Source: Octopus bimaculoides (lineage: Eukaryota). Taken from it: a stretch of 55,851 bases of DNA. The notes beneath the pieces were generated by a model, which made no database searches, had not been told where the DNA came from, and worked only from the letters and a program-made list of their open reading frames with translations. Position 1 is the first letter of the stretch; each line of letters starts with the position of its first letter. Below, in pieces: positions 37,071 to 49,780 of this stretch. Where the stretch lies: assembly GCF_001194135.2 (NCBI RefSeq), contig NC_068983.1, positions 126,153,309-126,209,159 on the forward strand. Direction: 5' to 3'. Position numbers and translations under genes: made by a program.

Positions 37071-40000
37071 TACCGAGACAAACAAAATCACATTTAGCCT
37101 TAACGGCCCGTAAAGCGCCACCAATCACAATCAGTTTGCCATGAAATATATAAAGAGAAAATGAATACAATTAAAGCAAAGATTGTTAAAGGACTGTAAG
37201 CTGAAACTTCGAAGTCTCTCTGTATATTTTCCTCGTAAAGGTGAATATGTAATGAACTTGAAAATATTGAGTTTCTTATAGAAAAGACGTTATTTATTAA
37301 TAGGAATGGCTTCCTCATTGAATTAATATTGCATTTTTTCTGTCTTTGCTACAAACTGATATTCATCATACATAACTCAGATGATTGTTTAAATGGAGAA
37401 ACGCGGCGCAGGGGTGCTGTTTCTAATCAATTTCATCATGTACGATTCACTAAATTTAGTAGAAAGTTTTTACTATACTACACGTAATAATAGGCACATT
37501 GTTATGCAAGTCCTCCTGCTGTTAGCTACTGTGTTCGTATCATCGTTCTCCGTAAACCAATTACCAACTTTTTTTCTTATATGATTCAAGTAAACTCAGA
37601 ATGCGTAAGCTGTAGAGTAGATCTTTCCTTACAAACTGTCTCACAAATTGGTATAATTGATCTACCATTAAAATATGTGGATTTAAAAAGCAAATACCCT
37701 TGTCAGATAACTAAACAACCTTTGGCCGTATATAATTATTAATTCTATCTCTCACAGATATTCCTCAGTAACCATTGGAACTGTCATGATGTGCTAGCTC
37801 TCTACAGAAGTTATGCTTACAACGTTAATTACTTCGCTAGCAATGCGGCTTTCAGTCTGAATGGAAGAGTAAATTTGTAATACATAAAGAATCCAAACAG
37901 AATCCAATGCAGACAGATTTTCTTCGTACGTTGTTATGTATATTTCTCTATTCCGCAATTTTGAACAGAAAGTCAAAATGTGAAAGATGTGCTGTAGGGA
38001 ACTCTCTACATCAAACATGCGATTTAAGTTTAAGCGCACTCTAAATGTACTGATTTCCGATTGCCTAACTCTGAAATGACAAACATAAATTAACAGTTGC
38101 ATTCTAATTGGTTTTAAAATCTTAAAAATTATATGCAATGTAAAATAAAAAAAAATATCAATGTATTAGATGTGATTATGTTTATGTTCATTTTACAACG
38201 ATTTGTCTTCTAGAAGCATTCTTAAAAGACGATTATTATATTTCACTGTATTTCATATCTTCTGTAATGTACACACGCACACACACACACTCACACACAC
38301 ACACACACACGCACACAGAGTTCAATATCAGTGTGCGCGTGCACCCTGATACTGAACTCTTAGAATGAGTGGACGATATCCGTTTTCAAACTCTTTTCTT
38401 TATTCACTATTATAGGTTATAAATGGAGAGAGGAAGAAACAAGGATAGACAGACAGACTTGTGGACAGAGATCGAATAAGCGTAACCGAGTGAAGATGAA
38501 CGTTAAAAATTCCAAACAATAATTAATGATGAAGTATAATTAGGATGATTAACAAAAATGATGCGGAGAACGTGGCCGACCCCACAAACCACATTTTCAT
38601 GCAGAAAAACTTATTTTTACATTTTAATTTCCAACTCAAACAGGTTAATTCACTCTCAACACGCATGCTACTGACTTCAATTTTTTTTTCGAAAAACACT
38701 GTGCAACAGGCATTTATTCTCCAGCCTATTTTTCTTCTCATGTGGAAAAGGAAAAAAAGTTAACGAGCGCAAGGCTAGAAATTAAAATGCCTATCCCGAT
38801 CCATTTCACTCTGATTTTCCATACTACCTCTTTCGCGGTAGTTACTACCGAGAGAAAAAGAAAACCTGTTCTTTCCTATTCACAGTGGGCGGCGAAATAA
38901 TCTTAATAATAAATTCGGTCGACAGTTTTACTCTTCTCAGATGTGACAGCAGGTGTTCAACTTTACAAATTTTCTCTAGAAATTAAAGCCAGCACCAATT
39001 CTGTTAGGTTTCGTAATCGATACGTGAGATGAAAACAACGTGTAGAAATGAACTTAACATGTGATTTAAGTGTACTGCTAGCACAAAAGTATATGGCATT
39101 CCCTTATAAAAATGTTTAATATCCTATGTGGCATAATATGGTTTCTTAATAAAATACCGTGTGACTACTTGTCATTAATTTTTACGGACCAGCTTCCAGG
39201 AACGTTTTTAATATGTAAATTGGTGTATCCAATAACGTTACATCACTACATGTAGTGGCTACTTAAGCAATGAATTCGTAGATGGGTGAAGACGAAGGAG
39301 CAATAAATCTGCAATAAATATATGCCCATTGCTCAAATTTTCATCTTTGATCTTATCGCTTGCTTACATCTGACGCCTTGGATACGAAACGTGGTAACAA
39401 AAGCAGTGTTGGCTATAAATTCTATAGAAAATATGTAGAGATGATATTAACAAGTGATTTGAATGTATGTACATACTAGACAATAAGTCCATGATGACAC
39501 ACGATTTACCAGAACGTAAATTATTTCAAACGGCAATGATGTGGAGGACATTGTGTTGTCATAGAAATAATCAATTCTGTCGCAACTTTTAAAATGCTCA
39601 AATTAACCTGCGATTTCAATTTAAATTTGTAGATTTTTATATTGGTTAAACGAATGAAGAATTTTCATGAAAATTAAAGCTGATTCCACTTATCGTGTTC
39701 AGAAGATTTATTCCCCTTCCATTTTTTAACTTCCCAAATATCAAAGACTACATAGAAAGTTAAGGTGTCAAATGTAGTTATCAAAATTCTGCGAAAAGGA
39801 CTAAAGAAATAGAAAATAAAATACAGTAGCAATTAGGAAAATAGCAGTTATAGAAGTAGAGAAATATAGTAAAGAAAATTAGAATTTCAGAATACGAAAC
39901 TGAATTGCAATTACTTTCTGGTAACCAACGTCAGAATATATATCTCATTAGACTTTGCGTCGACTCGATATACTCTTGTACATTTTTTTACTATTCAATG

Positions 40001-40846
40001 TTTAGTGTGAATAAAATAGCTTGATGCAGAGTTTAATGAATCATGTTTACAGATGATGAAATTCAGACGTAGGAGAATCGTATTTACCGATAAGCCGCTT
40101 GCCACTGCCAATATTTCAAATTATTAATCAGAAGGAAATATGGAAAACTGAAATAAAACTATCAGTATAATTTATTTTAACCAATAGTAGTAACTGTATC
40201 AGCAACAACTGTATTGCTAATGGCTTTCGTAAGTAATGGCGTATGTTTAGCATCAGTACGTGATATTTCATAGCATATGTTACTTATCGTGTAAGATCTA
40301 CAATAAACTCCTCAATGTAAATATATATTTGTCATGTACTTTTCCTCAAATCAATAGATAATTTAATACATTTTGTGACATGAGGAATAGTAAATAAATG
40401 TATAATATCAATCAAAAGAATAACTTATATAATTCCATTCCATTCATAAGTCAAATGCTGTAAATGGGTGAGAGGAGAAGCAATGACTAGATGAATATGA
40501 ACTGTATTTAAAAAAAACAATTCTATAATATGCATGATTTTAAGCAATACTTCACGCACATCAAAAATAGTTTTAGACCACTGAACGTAATTCGTTCTTG
40601 CAATATAATTTATGTTCATTAGAGTATCGTGAAATGACAATTGCAAACTTACAAGATTAAATTAAAGTAAGATATACTCTTTTATTTTGCCCCAGGTTTG
40701 TAATTAAATAGTAACGACTCAGGTTGTCTCGTTCAACATAGGTTACAGAAGTAAAATTCAACCGATTGATGGTTCTAGTTTGGTCACAAATTTTGTTCAC
40801 ATAATTATCATCATCATCATCATCATCATCACCATCATCATGAACA

Positions 40847-40887
<41 letters not shown>

Positions 40888-40890
<3 letters not shown>

Positions 40891-41047
40891 TAATCTTTTT
40901 TTTTTCACGTTCATTCTCCGCTCTACAGAGCGCATGCATGTGTGCCTCGTGTATGTGGTGTGGTTTGTTGTGATTCTCTTATTTTTACTGTATTGAAAGT
41001 GTTTTACGTTTGATATGTGCCGTGTGTAGTAGCATTAGGTTCTGTAA
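40888..41047 (-). mobile_element. 160-bp 5'-truncated 3' end of R4/Dong-like subfamily B, fused behind the tail of a subfamily A copy
   Basis: LQNLMLLHTAHIKRKTLSIQ* plus a distinct 3'UTR and a TAA/GAT tail. Confidence 0.85.
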
Positions 41048-42632
41048 TTATTATTATTATTATTGTTCAGTAGTTTTATTTTTATAACGTGCTTTCACTT
41101 CACTACCGAGCGCAGCTCTGTGCGCCTTGGGTATGTGCTGCGGTGCTCTTATGTTTATTGTATTGAAACTGTTTTGCGTAGAATGTGTGCAGTACCCAGC
41201 AGTGAAATTTTCTGTATGTTATATATATTTGTAAGTCCTGGTGTTTTTGTTATGTATTTGTCTGAATATTTTTTTATTATACCTAATGCACCTACTATGA
41301 TAGGAATTGTTTCTGTTTTTAGATTCCACATTCGAGTTATCTCTATTTCCAGGTCTTTGTATTTTNNNNNNNNNNNNNNNNNNNNNNNNNNNNNNNNNNN
41401 NNNNNNNNNNNNNNNNNNNNNNNNNNNNNNNNNNNNNNNNNNNNNNNNNNNNNNNNNNNNNNNNNNNNNNNNNNNNNNNNNNNNNNNNNNNNNNNNNNNN
41501 NNNNNNNNNNNNNNNNNNNNNNNNNNNNNNNNNNNNNNNNNNNNNNNNNNNNNNNNNNNNNNNNNNNNNNNNNNNNNNNNNNNNNNNNNNNNNNNNNNNN
41601 NNNNNNNNNNNNNNNNNNNNNNNNNNNNNNNNNNNNNNNNNNNNNNNNNNNNNNNNNNNNNNNNNNNNNNNNNNNNNNNNNNNNNNNNNNNNNNNNNNNN
41701 NNNNNNNNNNNNNNNNNNNNNNNNNNNNNNNNNNNNNNNNNNNNNNNNNNNNNNNNNNNNNNNNNNNNNNNNNNNNNNNNNNNNNNNNNNNNNNNNNNNN
41801 NNNNNNNNNNNNNNNNNNNNNNNNNNNNNNNNNNNNNNNNNNNNNNNNNNNNNNNNNNNNNNNNNNNNNNNNNNNNNNNNNNNNNNNNNNNNNNNNNNNN
41901 NNNNNNNNNNNNNNNNNNNNNNNNNNNNNNNNNNNNNNNNNNNNNNNNNNNNNNNNNNNNNNNNNNNNNNNNNNNNNNNNNNNNNNNNNNNNNNNNNNNN
42001 NNNNNNNNNNNNNNNNNNNNNNNNNNNNNNNNNNNNNNNNNNNNNNNNNNNNNNNNNNNNNNNNNNNNNNNNNNNNNNNNNNNNNNNNNNNNNNNNNNNN
42101 NNNNNNNNNNNNNNNNNNNNNNNNNNNNNNNNNNNNNNNNNNNNNNNNNNNNNNNNNNNNNNNNNNNNNNNNNNNNNNNNNNNNNNNNNNNNNNNNNNNN
42201 NNNNNNNNNNNNNNNNNNNNNNNNNNNTTGCTCGTGTTTTGTGGCTATTTGTATTAGTTTCCCTTGCTTTTGGAGTAGGTATTTTTGCAGTCCTATGGTG
42301 GTTATTTTATAATAGTTTTCTAGCTGTATAAGACCCCTGCCACCTTCTGTGCGTTGTATATATAGCCTTTCTATGTCAGATTTTGGGTGGTGCATCCTAT
42401 ATCCTGTCATTATTTTTCTTGTTTTCCTGTCTATTTTAGATAGTTCGTTTAGTGTCCAGTTAAGGATGTTGTAGCTGTAGCTTATAACTGGGACAGCTAA
42501 AGTGTTGATACCCATTATCTTGTTTTTAGCATTGAGCTCTGTTTTTAGTAGTGATTTAACTCGTCTATAGTACTCTGTTTTTAGTATTGATCTAACTCGT
42601 CTATAGTACTCTGTTTTTAGTATTGATCTAAC
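41048..42632 (-). mobile_element. R4/Dong-like subfamily A, copy 3 (5'-truncated, centre in gap)
   Basis: GINTLAVPVISYSYNILNWT..HHPKSDIERLYIQRTEGGRGLIQLE on one side of the gap and the subfamily A 3' end on the other. Confidence 0.92.
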
Positions 42633-42658
42633 TTATTATTATTATTATTATTATTATC

Positions 42659-42719
<61 letters not shown>

Positions 42720-42720
<1 letters not shown>

Positions 42721-43950
42721 CGCGTTCAGATATGTACGCAGTTTCCCACACTTATCAGCACCCTGCCACCATTTGCTCCTTTCGTGTATAGGCGATCAAT
42801 GTCTGCACGTGGATGATGGGTTCCATGCGCTATTAAGATCTTTCATGTCTTCCTGTCCAACTCCTATAATTCTCCCTCTGTCCACATCAGGATTCCAGTG
42901 CCACACTGAAAACTGCGCCCGAGTATATTGCCGAAATTATGTCTCCGACATTCAGCTTTCAAGCCAATATTTTTCTCACTCACCGCAAGTACTCTTATTT
43001 GTCTTTTATTTCATATCACTGTAATTAATTTCATTTAACTGAATTACTTCCAGGTATTTATAACTGGACTGAGGTTGAATTGACTTCATCAATTCACCAT
43101 TTGTCATACATTTATTTGTCCCGACCAGCTTTCGTCTTTCCTCTTGTTACAACCATTGTAACACATTTGGAGAGTCCAAACTCCATTTTAACATCATTAG
43201 CGAGTAGGTTGTCCAGTTCTGCCTCACATTTTGAGAACAACATCAAGTCGCCCATGAATAGCACTTGTTCAATTTTCCCCTCAGCTCTTCCCAGATAATA
43301 CCCGATTTTGTCTTCTATAATATTTAACAAAAGGATATCATTACCAGCAAAAAGATCAGTGGGGACACACTGTCTCCCTGAAAGATTCCTCTCTTGATTT
43401 TCACCTTTCCTAATACCTGATTCCCTGCTGTCAATTCAGGTCTCCAAAATTTCATAATGCTCAGTTAGGTTTGCCTTAACTGTTTTGGAGCCTGCACGCG
43501 GAGACAACATGATCGATGGTTTCATTATGTAGTTTACATATACATGTTGGGATAGTGCCATTCTTTAATATGTTACCCTGGTAGGTCCTTGTAGGTAGGC
43601 AATGATCTTCGGTTGCTATGATAAACATTTCTGCCTCTGATTTTAAGCCAGAAGATACAAACCATTGATGAGTAAGTGCTTTGTCAACATCGGCGTCATT
43701 AGCTAATTTTGGGTATTTGCCACTGGAAGGTTTTTTATTGCCATTTATCAGTAAGAGTATCAAGGCAGCAGTTTTAGCATGGCTTTTTATACGCTTAGTT
43801 TTTTCTGTCTTAGTTTCTATTACGTCTAATTCTGGGAATTTTGTATTTGGAATTCACTTAGATATTCTTTTGCCTGTTTTGTTTCTGAGAATAATGTTTT
43901 CTTGTTTTCGTGCTTTAAGCCAAGTTTTAACATCCAGTCATCAGAATTTT
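42720..43950 (-). mobile_element. Stacked fragments of older R4/Dong-like LINEs
   Basis: QWFVSSGLKSEAEMFIIA..ETIDHVVSAC; GIFQGDSVSPL; LFMGDLMLF..MEFGLSKC; fragments out of native order. Confidence 0.75.
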
Positions 43951-43954
43951 TGGC

Positions 43955-44276
43955 TTTGGTCTTGTGCAGCAATTAAAAATCCTTCAGTCTCTGCTTTGAG
44001 TCCTGAGCTTCTCAACCATTGCTGGGATTTTTCTCTGTCTATTTCTTTTACATTTAGTTTAGCCCAGTATTTACCATGTAGGGGCTTTTCTGGCTATCGT
44101 TTTATCATGGTCCGTTGATGTTCTAGTTTTAGTTTGGATTTCATTTGTTTTATAGCTTTTGTTGTTTCTTCTTCTTCTTCTTCTTCTTCTTCTTCTTCTT
44201 CTTCTTCTTCTTCTTCTTCTTCTTCTTCTTCTCCTTCTTCTTCTTCTTCTTCTTGTTCTTGTTCTTGTTCTTGTTC

Positions 44277-44314
<38 letters not shown>

Positions 44315-44341
44315 CTTCTTCTTCTTCTTCTTCTTCTTCTT

Positions 44342-44422
<81 letters not shown>

Positions 44423-46290
44423 TGTTAGGTAGATTGATTTCTTGTTTGTATTTGTCAGCTTCCTTAAATACTGAAAACAGTTTTTTGTTTTACTAGTGTT
44501 TTGTGGCTATTTATTAATTTTCCTTGCTTCTGGAGTAGGTATTTTTGCAGTCCTATGGTGGTTATTTTATAATAGTTTTCCAGCTGTATAAGACCCCTGC
44601 CACCTTCTGTGCGTTGTATATATAGCCTTTCTATGTCAGATTTTGGGTGGTGCATCCTATATCCTGTCATTATTTTTCGTGTTTTCCTGTCTATTTTAGA
44701 TAGTTCATTTAGTGTCCAGTTTATAACTGGGACAGTTAAAGTGTTGATAGCCATTATCTTGTTTTTAGCATTGTGCTCTGTTTTTAGTATTGATCTAACT
44801 CATCTATAGTACTATTTCTTTATTTATTTTTTCTTTCATTTGTGTATGTTGTATCCAATCTAGTTCTTTGACTCCTAAATATTTATATGGTTGGCTTTCG
44901 TCTTGTTATCTTGTTTCATTGGCTTTATCTAGTATTATATTGCTACTTTTAACTAATTTTCCTCTTTTCAGGGTTGCTTTGGCACATTTTTCTAATCCGA
45001 ATTTCATATCTATTTCCTTGGTAAAGCCGTGTACTGTCTGTAGTAGCGTTTCTAGCTCTTTGTCATTTTTAGCATATAATTTTAGGTCATCCATATATAA
45101 AAGGTAGCTGACTGTTTTTCCGTAGTATTTGTAACCGCATCCAGTTCTATTTAGCAATTCAGTTAAATGTGTGAGTGCCAGGCAGAACAGGAGTGGAGAT
45201 AGCGTGTTTCCCTGGAATATTCCTCTTCTAATGGGGATGGCTTTCGTTTTCACAAGTCCCTCTTTTGTTTGGAGCTGTAGCACTGTCTGCCATTTGTTNN
45301 NNNNNNNNNNNNNNNNNNNNNNNNNNNNNNNNNNNNNNNNNNNNNNNNNNNNNNNNNNNNNNNNNNNNNNNNNNNNNNNNNNNNNNNNNNNNNNNNNNNN
45401 NNNNNNNNNNNNNNNNNNNNNNNNNNNNNNNNNNNNNNNNNNNNNNNNNNNNNNNNNNNNNNNNNNNNNNNNNNNNNNNNNNNNNNNNNNNNNNNTTATT
45501 TTCCAGGTGCTTACTCAATCTCTGCGATATTTTGCAGTAAAGGCTTTGTAGATCGTAGGGAGACAGGTTATAGGTCTATAGTTTTGTGGCTTCTCTGCTT
45601 CCGTGGATTTGGGGATTAAGATGGTTTTCCCTTTCGTGAGCCATTCAGGCATTGTCTCTGGTTCTTCTAGTATGTTGTTAAAGTTTTCTGCCAGCTTTTT
45701 ATGCATTCCTGGCAGGTGTTTTAATCAGAAGTTGGGGATCTTGTCGTGTCCAGGTGCCTTCCAGTTGCTTAGTCTTTGCAATGTCTGGGTGACCTCTTCA
45801 GTTGTTATAGGGGCCCAGCGTTGCTCAGGTGCTACGTTCGTTGTTTTAATGGTCCTTTTCTGGGTTCGTTGTTTTAATGGTCCTTTTCTGGGGTTGTTGT
45901 TGCTTCACCGACCATATTTGTTTCCAGATTTCTTCCAGTTCTTCTGCTGTTGGTGCTGCAGTAATATCTATTTTATTTTTACCCAGTTCTTGGTAGAGTT
46001 TTTTGGGATTGGATTTGACTGTTTGTTTTGTTCAAAGAAACGTTGGCGTTTCTCATAGCGGGGGATCCTTTGTGCTTTGGGATGGATGTCTTGCTTTAGT
46101 TTTTCTTTTGCCTCAGTTAATGCTGTATTTGTACAGTATTTTTGTTTTCTTCTTGTTACTTAGTTGTGTTGATTGTCTACTAATTTCGTTGAGAATCGAT
46201 AAATCTTTTCTCTTTTTTAAAATTTTGTTCTGGATGTTATTTATCCACAAGGTCTGTTTGGGTGGTAGAACTACTGTTCGGATGGGTTTG
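43955..46290 (-). mobile_element. R4/Dong-like subfamily A, copy 4 (longest; full RT region, disrupted)
   Basis: NWKAPGHDKI, NYRPITCLPTIYK, RRGIFQGNTLSPLLFCLAL, LLYMDDLKLY, KFGLEKCA, HHPKSDIERLY, LHGKY; frameshifts, a gap and an internal microsatellite. Confidence 0.93.
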
Positions 46291-46311
46291 AGTAAGTAAC
46301 CTGCTTCTTTT

Positions 46312-46495
<184 letters not shown>

Positions 46496-48039
46496 TATCA
46501 GGATTGTTTAACTATCTCTGCGGCCTCTGATCATATATCCAATGTTAAAAATAATATTTTTGTTCTTCATTTAATTATTTTGTTTCATATACGTGGATTC
46601 TATATATTTGTTTGTTTGCTACATGTTTTACTTGCCATCAGCAATCATTCATCAATCATTAAACAGCACCATCATCAATAAGTCATCAACACCGATGTTA
46701 ATTGGTTACTGAAGAAGCAAAGACATGCATGCAATCTTAAATGTAATCATATAATTATAATTAAGATTAATTAAAAATAATATTTTTTATCAATAGCAAA
46801 ATGCTTGTTGCGAGCATAATTGATGTAATAAGTGAAAAAATTTTAATTAATTACAACTGCACTCTAAGTGGCAATGCAATTCACTCGGTGATTCAATTTA
46901 GCGTGCCTATTTTCAGGTAAAGTTTCATTACCCGGTTTGATGCAGCATATTTGTTCTCCTCTACCCTTTTGTTGATTAGAATCAATTTAAATATTAGTAA
47001 TACTTTCTATCACTACCGATATAATTCTAATTGAAATGTATTGCTCATACATATTGAATGTTTTAAAAGTTTTGCAGGAAATATCCTGTTGCATTATTTG
47101 TAATGTTTTGAAATTTCAAGGCAAAGTCGGTTGCAGAATTTATGTCTTAAAATTTCAGGACGCAGTATTGTCCAGAAATTTTAATGCTTAATATATTTAA
47201 AGGGAAAAAACACGGCAGGTATAATACCAATGTTTTCTTCGAAAACGGAACCAGTGTTGCTCTGAGAAGAGCATGTTGGACTCTTAACGTGGTAGATGTG
47301 TAAGAACAGAGAATATGGGGTCATTTACCTTTATATCCACGAGTAAAACAAATGTAAGTTTGTAGGGCATCTTGCCGATCTCCCGTGCCCTTTGCTCTAT
47401 CTCACTTTAATGAATAGCATTCTTGTGTAATACATTACTACATTAACAGCCACCATGTTACAGTAAATAAAAATTAAACATACTCCTAACATTAGATTAA
47501 TCATAGAAATATCTAGTAAAGACCTTATATAAGTTAAATAATAACCTTTATTCGTGATTCACGCATCTTCTATAATTAGATGCTGTTGGATTAGTTAAAG
47601 TATATTTCCGCGGCGCATTCAATTTTATACGATCAATAGATTGTTATTTCCATTCAGATGGATTTCCCAGTATAGCAAGTTCAGATGTCTGGAGGTCAAA
47701 TGCATAAAACTATTCTACTAACTGGAGTCTGTGATATGGAGAACTCAAATATAACTCAAAATGTACATGTGCATGCGTATACTTGCTTTAATATTTAGCA
47801 GAACATACAGAGTGACGCAAGGGCCTAGAGCTTCGTGCATTGGTACGTATTATTGGTAAGTGCTAATGAGCGAAACTCTCGGTTTATGAGTCACTTTGTT
47901 GCTTCTGCTAAATACAAAGACACACACAGAAACACACACGTATGCATGTATGTATTATGTATGTATGTATGTATGTATGTATGTATGTATGCATGTATCT
48001 ATCTATCTATCTATCTATATATATATATATATATATATA

Positions 48040-48444
48040 GTGATGATTTGTTGCAAACTTGATGTGGCAGTCCCAATAAAGGGAAGAATGCTACTGCTAT
48101 TTAGCCCCAGGAAACACTGTTTCTAGTTGGCTATGTGACACAAGCGTAATGTTACGTTATGTTTTCAAACAGGGGAGATAAGCACCTCCACTCAGCAAAG
48201 CCCGCATCCAGAGACTAGTTTCAGACTCATTGCTCTTCATCAGTGTGGAGTAGATTGGTTTGTTAGCTGTCGATACTTATTCAGCTTTGAAAATATGCAG
48301 ATTTGAAGTGAAATAAATTCACTGATCTACAAAATTAGTACGCTTGTCAATTAACCGACTGGAAACGGTGTTTCCTGGGGATAAATAGCAGTAGCATTAT
48401 ACCTTTACTGGGACTGTCACATTAAGTTGGCACGAAACCATCAC
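48040..48444. mobile_element. ~405-bp element with ~93-bp inverted terminal repeats enclosing a hammerhead ribozyme
   Basis: 48040-48132 vs reverse complement of 48352-48444 (..GTCCCAaTAAAGG..AATGCTACTGCTATTTAgCCCCAGGAAACAC..). Confidence 0.85.
48207..48249 (-). ncRNA. Minimal type I hammerhead ribozyme
   Basis: TCCACA-CTGATGA-agagcaatgagtct-GAAAC-TA-GTC-TCTGGA: intact core, palindromic ACTAGT stem III, GUC triplet, stem I 5/6 paired. Confidence 0.7.
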
Positions 48445-48614
48445 TTTATTGTGCTGCCACTGTATAAGTCTCTGAGAGATGTAATAAGTATTATTTCTAA
48501 TTATATATATATGCATGTATGTGCATGTAAACGCATGTATGTGTGTGTATATATAGACTATGTACATACATAAATACATCTATACGTGCACCCCCCCCCN
48601 NNNNNNNNNACACA

Positions 48615-48665
<51 letters not shown>

Positions 48666-48794
48666 GAGTTTCAATGCGAATCACCTAGCTTGTTCTCACC
48701 TTATATGCTCATAGCTTGTCAAATTCTGAGCTGGAATGCATAGAAATTGCATACCTAAGAGAAGATTTACATATGAAATAAACGCAGCCCTTGT

Positions 48795-49490
48795 GTAATA
48801 AATATTATTAAATATTCATCCAGTTTATCATAACTTACGGCTAATCTTGAAATCTGTGAACAAAATACTAGATTCTGTAATGAAGCATTATCTAGGGCTG
48901 GCTGGTTATATAAAAAATTAACTCTTCCCCTAATTATAATGTTAATAATAATAATGCCACTATAAATTTTATAAATAACATTGATAATCCAAATAACGAA
49001 TATTTTCCTATGAATAATGTTTATATAAATTGTAATAATCAGAATATTTACTCGCATCGTATACACAATCCTAGCTAGCAGAAGAGATTTAAAAGTGATA
49101 CACAAGATAATGAGTACTACACTAATATATTTAAAGAAACTAACAATATTTACACTTGTACTAAAGGTAATAATATTAAGTATAATTATCAGAGAAATAA
49201 AGACTAAAGTATTGAAGAACTATATAATAATAATGATCCTTGAAGAAGTATGTTATATGAAAATAGAAATAGTAGAAATAATGATGAAATTCATAAACCG
49301 TATAAAAGAAAACGAAATTTGTATAAAAATGTATTTTGGTTTAACTTCCCAGTTAATCTAAATGTTATCTCTAATGTAGCAGAAAAGTTCTTCCGAGTTC
49401 TTAGATAAACATTTCCCAAAATCTAACCCATCATCATTAGACATATTGCTAAACTATCCTACCCTGACATCTCCAATAATCCTGAATATA
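48795..49490 (+). mobile_element. Highly decayed Penelope-like RT C-terminal/linker region
   Basis: IIKY..NEALSRAG(Y), Asn-rich linker, then KRKRN..VFWFNFPVNLNVISNVAEKFF.. / DKHFPK / KLSY. Confidence 0.7.
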
Positions 49491-49780
49491 TATCTACATT
49501 TCCTAATCTAAACTAAAATATCTGGCCTCCAATATTCAAACCAATACTAGTACATTTAATACAGCGATTGAATAACTTATCCATCAGTAATATCTAACGT
49601 AAATGATAAGTTTAATTATGCGTCTAATAGTATTGTTACTATTAATAATTTAACTAAGCATATTATACTACTATTACTGCTGTTGCTGCTGATGCTGCTG
49701 ATGATGATGATGAGGATGATGATGATGATTATGGTGATGATAACAATAATAATACTACTACTAATAATAATAATAATAAT

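Noticed and set aside
37100-40700. Several 60-114 aa ORFs in unique AT-rich sequence
   Set aside because: No recognisable motifs; lengths expected by chance.
46705-46740. CTGAAGA hammerhead-like box
   Set aside because: No GAAA box or stems in register.
47868-47885. CTAATGAGCGAAAC hammerhead-like string
   Set aside because: Core mismatch; no stem I, II or III.
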